Below, piece by piece: positions 17,000 to 20,000 of a DNA stretch of 20,000 nt. The notes beneath the pieces are model-generated. The model was not told the origin of the DNA. It did not search any database and saw only the letters and a list, made by a program, of their open reading frames with translations. Position 1 is the stretch's first letter. The number at the start of each line of letters is the position of its first letter. The translations under genes and the position numbers were made by a program. The DNA comes from Gemmatimonadota bacterium (GTDB taxonomy: Bacteria > 4572-55 > J002): contig RFFQ01000013.1 in the NCBI GenBank assembly GCA_003697105.1, positions 61,902-81,901 of the forward strand, written 5' to 3'.

Positions 17000-18646
17000 T
17001 CACGGTTTATTTTCGGCGGGAAGTAGCGGCAAGCCCAATTCCCTGAGATAGGCGTTATGCCGTGATCGCGCCGCCTCTATTTGGCGTGTCAGCTCTGTAA
17101 TCTCGGTATGCACACTCCCCAAGTCGATCTCCGGTTCCGGCTTTGCCGTACTCACATAGCGCGAGATGTTGAGGTTGAAGTCGTTTTCCTCAATCTCCTC
17201 CATGATCACCCGGCGAGAGGCGAAAATATTACCGTTCTCCAGCTCCTCCCTGACCTCGCGGCGATGCTGATAGGTGTCCACGATTTTTTCAATATGCTCC
17301 GGCAACAGCACATTTTGCCGCTTGCTCGGGGCATAAAGCTCGGCGGCATTGATGAACAGCACGTCATCGGTGCGCTTGCACTTTTTCAGCACCAGAATAC
17401 AGACCGGAATGCCGGTGGAATAGAAGAGCTTGGCCGGCAGGCCAATAACGGTGTCGATGTTGCCGTCTTTGAGCAACTTGGTGCGGATCTTCTTCTCCGC
17501 ACCGCCACGGAACAGCACCCCGTGGGGCAGGATGATGGCCATGGTGCCGTCCTTGGCCAAAAAGTGGAAGCCATGCAGCAAAAAGGCAAAGTCCGCGGCG
17601 GACTTGGGGGCGAGCCCATAGTTCTTGAAGCGGAAATCCTTTGCCAGTTCCTCACCCGGTTTCCAGCGGTAGCTGAAGGGTGGATTGGCGACCACGGCAT
17701 CGAACTCGATCTTCTTGGCCGGGTTTTGCTCGCGCAGGATGTCCCAGTCGTTTACCAGGCTGTCGCCGTGGTGGATTTCGAACTCAGTGTCGCGCACGCC
17801 GTGCAGCAGCATGTTCATGCGCGCCAAGTTGTAGGTGGTGATGTTCTTCTCCTGCCCATAGAGCTTGCCAATGCCGTGCTTGCCCATGTGCCGCCGCACG
17901 TTTAGCAGCAGCGAGCCCGAGCCGCAGGCAAAGTCATAAACGCGATTGAGTTTTTCCCGCTTGCCGGCAGCCGGGTCCTGGCAGTCCAGGATCACGATGC
18001 CGGAGAGGATGCTGGAGATCTGCTGCGGGGTGTAGAACTCGCCCGCCTTCTTGCCGCTACCGGCCGCGAACTGGCCAATCAGGTACTCGTAGGCGTCGCC
18101 CAGCAGATCGCGGCCGCTGGGGAACTCCGCTAGCCCCTCGGCGATCTTCTGGATGATGGTGCAGAGCCGCGCGTTGCGCTGGGTGTAGTTCTTGCCGAGC
18201 TTATCGGAGTCGAGGTTGATCTCGGAGAACAACCCCCGGAAGCTGCTGGCAAAAGACTCGTTTTCGATGAACTTGAAGCCCTTTTGCAGCGTGTGCAGCA
18301 GCTCGTCGTTCTGGGTGCGCGCCTGCTCTGCGATGCTGCTCCAGAGATATTCCGGCTTGATGATGTAGTGCACTCTGCGGCGCATCATCGTCTCGAATTC
18401 CTCAATGTCCTCCGGGTTCTGCTCGTACCACACCGCCAGCGGCGAACGGCGGTCATCCTCTGGCAGTTCAGGCCAGTCGGCGCCCAGCTCGCTCTTCGCG
18501 GCATCCTCGTAGTTGTCCGACAGGTAACGCAAGAACAGGAACGAGAGCATATAGTCGCGAAAATCGTCGGCGTTCATCGCGCCGCGCAATTCGTCGGCGA
18601 TGGCCCAGAGGGTTTTGCCCAGTTGTGTTTGATCTTGTTGGGTCAT
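17000..18646 (-). CDS. hsdM: Type I restriction-modification system methyltransferase subunit
   Basis: LWAIADELRGAM, LGDAYEYLIGQFAAGSGKKAGEFYTP, DFACGSGSLL, NPPF, ILPHGVLFRGG, FNLNISRYV. Confidence 0.97.
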   Translation of the reverse strand: MTQQDQTQLGKTLWAIADELRGAMNADDFRDYMLSFLFLRYLSDNYEDAAKSELGADWPELPEDDRRSPLAVWYEQNPEDIEEFETMMRRRVHYIIKPEYLWSSIAEQARTQNDELLHTLQKGFKFIENESFASSFRGLFSEINLDSDKLGKNYTQRNARLCTIIQKIAEGLAEFPSGRDLLGDAYEYLIGQFAAGSGKKAGEFYTPQQISSILSGIVILDCQDPAAGKREKLNRVYDFACGSGSLLLNVRRHMGKHGIGKLYGQEKNITTYNLARMNMLLHGVRDTEFEIHHGDSLVNDWDILREQNPAKKIEFDAVVANPPFSYRWKPGEELAKDFRFKNYGLAPKSAADFAFLLHGFHFLAKDGTMAIILPHGVLFRGGAEKKIRTKLLKDGNIDTVIGLPAKLFYSTGIPVCILVLKKCKRTDDVLFINAAELYAPSKRQNVLLPEHIEKIVDTYQHRREVREELENGNIFASRRVIMEEIEENDFNLNISRYVSTAKPEPEIDLGSVHTEITELTRQIEAARSRHNAYLRELGLPLLPAENKP

Positions 18647-19647
18647 GGGGTCTCCTTCTGGTTTTGTGCGAGCCGCCGGCCTGCCGGCGTCACGCGATAT
18701 TGCTGGGTCGGGCTGCGGGGGCGATCCGGCTGGATCATCTCTACCAGCCCCGCAGCCATCGCCGGCTTCAGATAATGCTGGCGGAAATGCTTGGCATCCT
18801 TCAATCCCAACGCCTGCATCAGAGCCTCGCGCCCCATCGGTTTATCGAGCACAGCCAGCAGGCGCACTACTTGGGGGGTTACTTCCGGGGTTACTTGGGG
18901 GGTATTAACCTGGCAGGCCGCTAGAATGTGCTCCAGCATGAACTGGATGAATGGGGCGCTATCAGTCTGTTCCGTGCTCTCGGCAATGGCCTGATAGTAG
19001 TCCGCCTGATGGGCATGGACCAGACTCTCTACCGGTAGATCGGCCAGCACGGGCCGCCAGCGGCTCAGGATCAGGGTCTGCCACAAGCGGCCCAGGCGGC
19101 CATTGCCGTCAGCAAAAGGGTGAATAAACTCAAACTCATAATGAAACACCGCACCGGCGATCAGCGGGTGTTCCTCGCAGGTCGCCAGCCAGTCCAGCAG
19201 ATCGGCCATCAGCTCCGGCACCCGCTTCGCAGGGGGCGCCATGTGGATGACCTGCTCGCCCTGCATCACACCCACGCCGCCCGAACGGTAGCGACCCGCC
19301 TCCTCCAGCAGCCCGGCCATCAGGATGCCGTGCGCTTCCAGCAGATCGGCCTCGCGCTCGGGCCGCCAGTGGTCCAGCCGCTCATAGGCAGACAGGGCAT
19401 TGCGTACCTCCTGAATCTCGCGCGGGGGCGCAATCACCAACTTGCCCTCCACAATGGCGGTGATCTGTTCCTCGCTGAGGGTGTTGCCCTCGATGGCCAG
19501 CGAACCCTGAATAGTCCGGATGCGATTAGCGCGGCGCAGACGCAGCCTGTCCTCACTTGCTAGCGTTAACTGGCCCACACGCTCGGCAATCTCCGCCACC
19601 AGAGAAACGATGCCCGGGGTGAGCGTGTAAGGCGGTCGGGTAGCCAT
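18643..19647 (-). CDS. Fic-domain protein (class II-like) with C-terminal helix-turn-helix
   Basis: Canonical HPFADGNGRLGR; N-terminal inhibitory-type motif SLAIEGN; TPQVTPEVTPQV linker; HFRQHYLKPA...PDRPRSPTQQY C-terminal domain; ATGA overlap with hsdM. Confidence 0.92.
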   Translation of the reverse strand: MATRPPYTLTPGIVSLVAEIAERVGQLTLASEDRLRLRRANRIRTIQGSLAIEGNTLSEEQITAIVEGKLVIAPPREIQEVRNALSAYERLDHWRPEREADLLEAHGILMAGLLEEAGRYRSGGVGVMQGEQVIHMAPPAKRVPELMADLLDWLATCEEHPLIAGAVFHYEFEFIHPFADGNGRLGRLWQTLILSRWRPVLADLPVESLVHAHQADYYQAIAESTEQTDSAPFIQFMLEHILAACQVNTPQVTPEVTPQVVRLLAVLDKPMGREALMQALGLKDAKHFRQHYLKPAMAAGLVEMIQPDRPRSPTQQYRVTPAGRRLAQNQKETP

Positions 19648-19671
19648 TCCTTAGCCTGTATCCGTAAGATG

Positions 19672-19839
19672 GAAATGGTGAATTGTGAATTGTGAATTAT
19701 GAATTGTGAATTGTAAATGGTGAATTGTGAATTATGAATTGTGAATTATGAATTGTGAATTGTGAATTGTGAATTATGAATTGTAAATGGTGAATTGTGA
19801 ATTATGAATTGTAAATGGTGAATTATGAATTATGAATTG
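19672..19839. repeat. Heptamer tandem array (TGAATTG / TGAATTA / TAAATGG)
   Basis: 23 in-register 7-mers from 19679 to 19839 (13 TGAATTG, 7 TGAATTA, 3 TAAATGG) plus a degenerate GAAATGG at 19672. Confidence 0.97.
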
Positions 19840-19868
19840 TCCGTTTCTTTTCGCTCATCATTTATCTC

Positions 19869-20000
19869 TCACAACTCATCATTCGGAAAAAGCTGCTGCA
19901 TCAGCCCGCGCTTGTGGGTTTTGAGCGCCTCGATCTTCTCGCCCTGCGCCCGGATCAGCTCGTCGAGCGAGGAGAGGCAATCGGCGATTTTTTGTTGTTC
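19869..20000 (-). CDS. hsdS: Type I R-M specificity subunit, C-terminal end (partial)
   Basis: Manual translation EQQKIADCLSSLDELIRAQGEKIEALKTHKRGLMQQLFPNDEL*, the conserved HsdS C-terminal helical region; near hsdM. Confidence 0.9.
   Translation of the reverse strand, partial: EQQKIADCLSSLDELIRAQGEKIEALKTHKRGLMQQLFPNDEL

Noticed and set aside
124-19563. Plus-strand ORFs in the track (e.g. 124..501, 10487..11110, 14379..14957, 17081..17905, 18284..18775, 19120..19563)
   Set aside because: Antisense shadows of well-supported minus-strand genes, with no recognisable motifs.
19672-19839. CRISPR array or coding repeat
   Set aside because: Contiguous 7-mers with no unique spacers, no cas genes, and stops in all six frames.

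Overview
Bacterial (diderm, FCB/Calditrichota-like gene content; taxon not determinable here) chromosomal window in which every credible protein gene lies on the minus strand. About 1-15.7 kb is housekeeping or metabolic backbone: ABC exporter (partial), CobB/Sir2 deacylase, alpha/beta hydrolase, di-heme c lipoprotein, hmgA, hppD, a probable 54-aa membrane protein, UvrD/Rep-family helicase, DUF4249-like lipoprotein with a TonB-dependent receptor, dxs and an S41 C-terminal protease. From about 15.76 kb the window enters an accessory defence island: an AT-rich solitary N4/N6 DNA methyltransferase bracketed by ~75-79 bp degenerate direct repeats, an internally deleted attC-like site, then a GC-rich type I R-M segment (hsdM, a Fic-domain gene, a 23-unit heptamer tandem array, the 3' end of hsdS). 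The most notable non-coding signals are (i) a plus-strand sRNA candidate with its own sigma70 promoter, a 29-bp hairpin and a C-rich loop between the TonB receptor gene and dxs, (ii) the repeat-bracketed single-gene methyltransferase cassette beside an attC remnant, and (iii) the heptamer array inside the hsd locus. All family calls come from motif recognition by eye; no searches were run.
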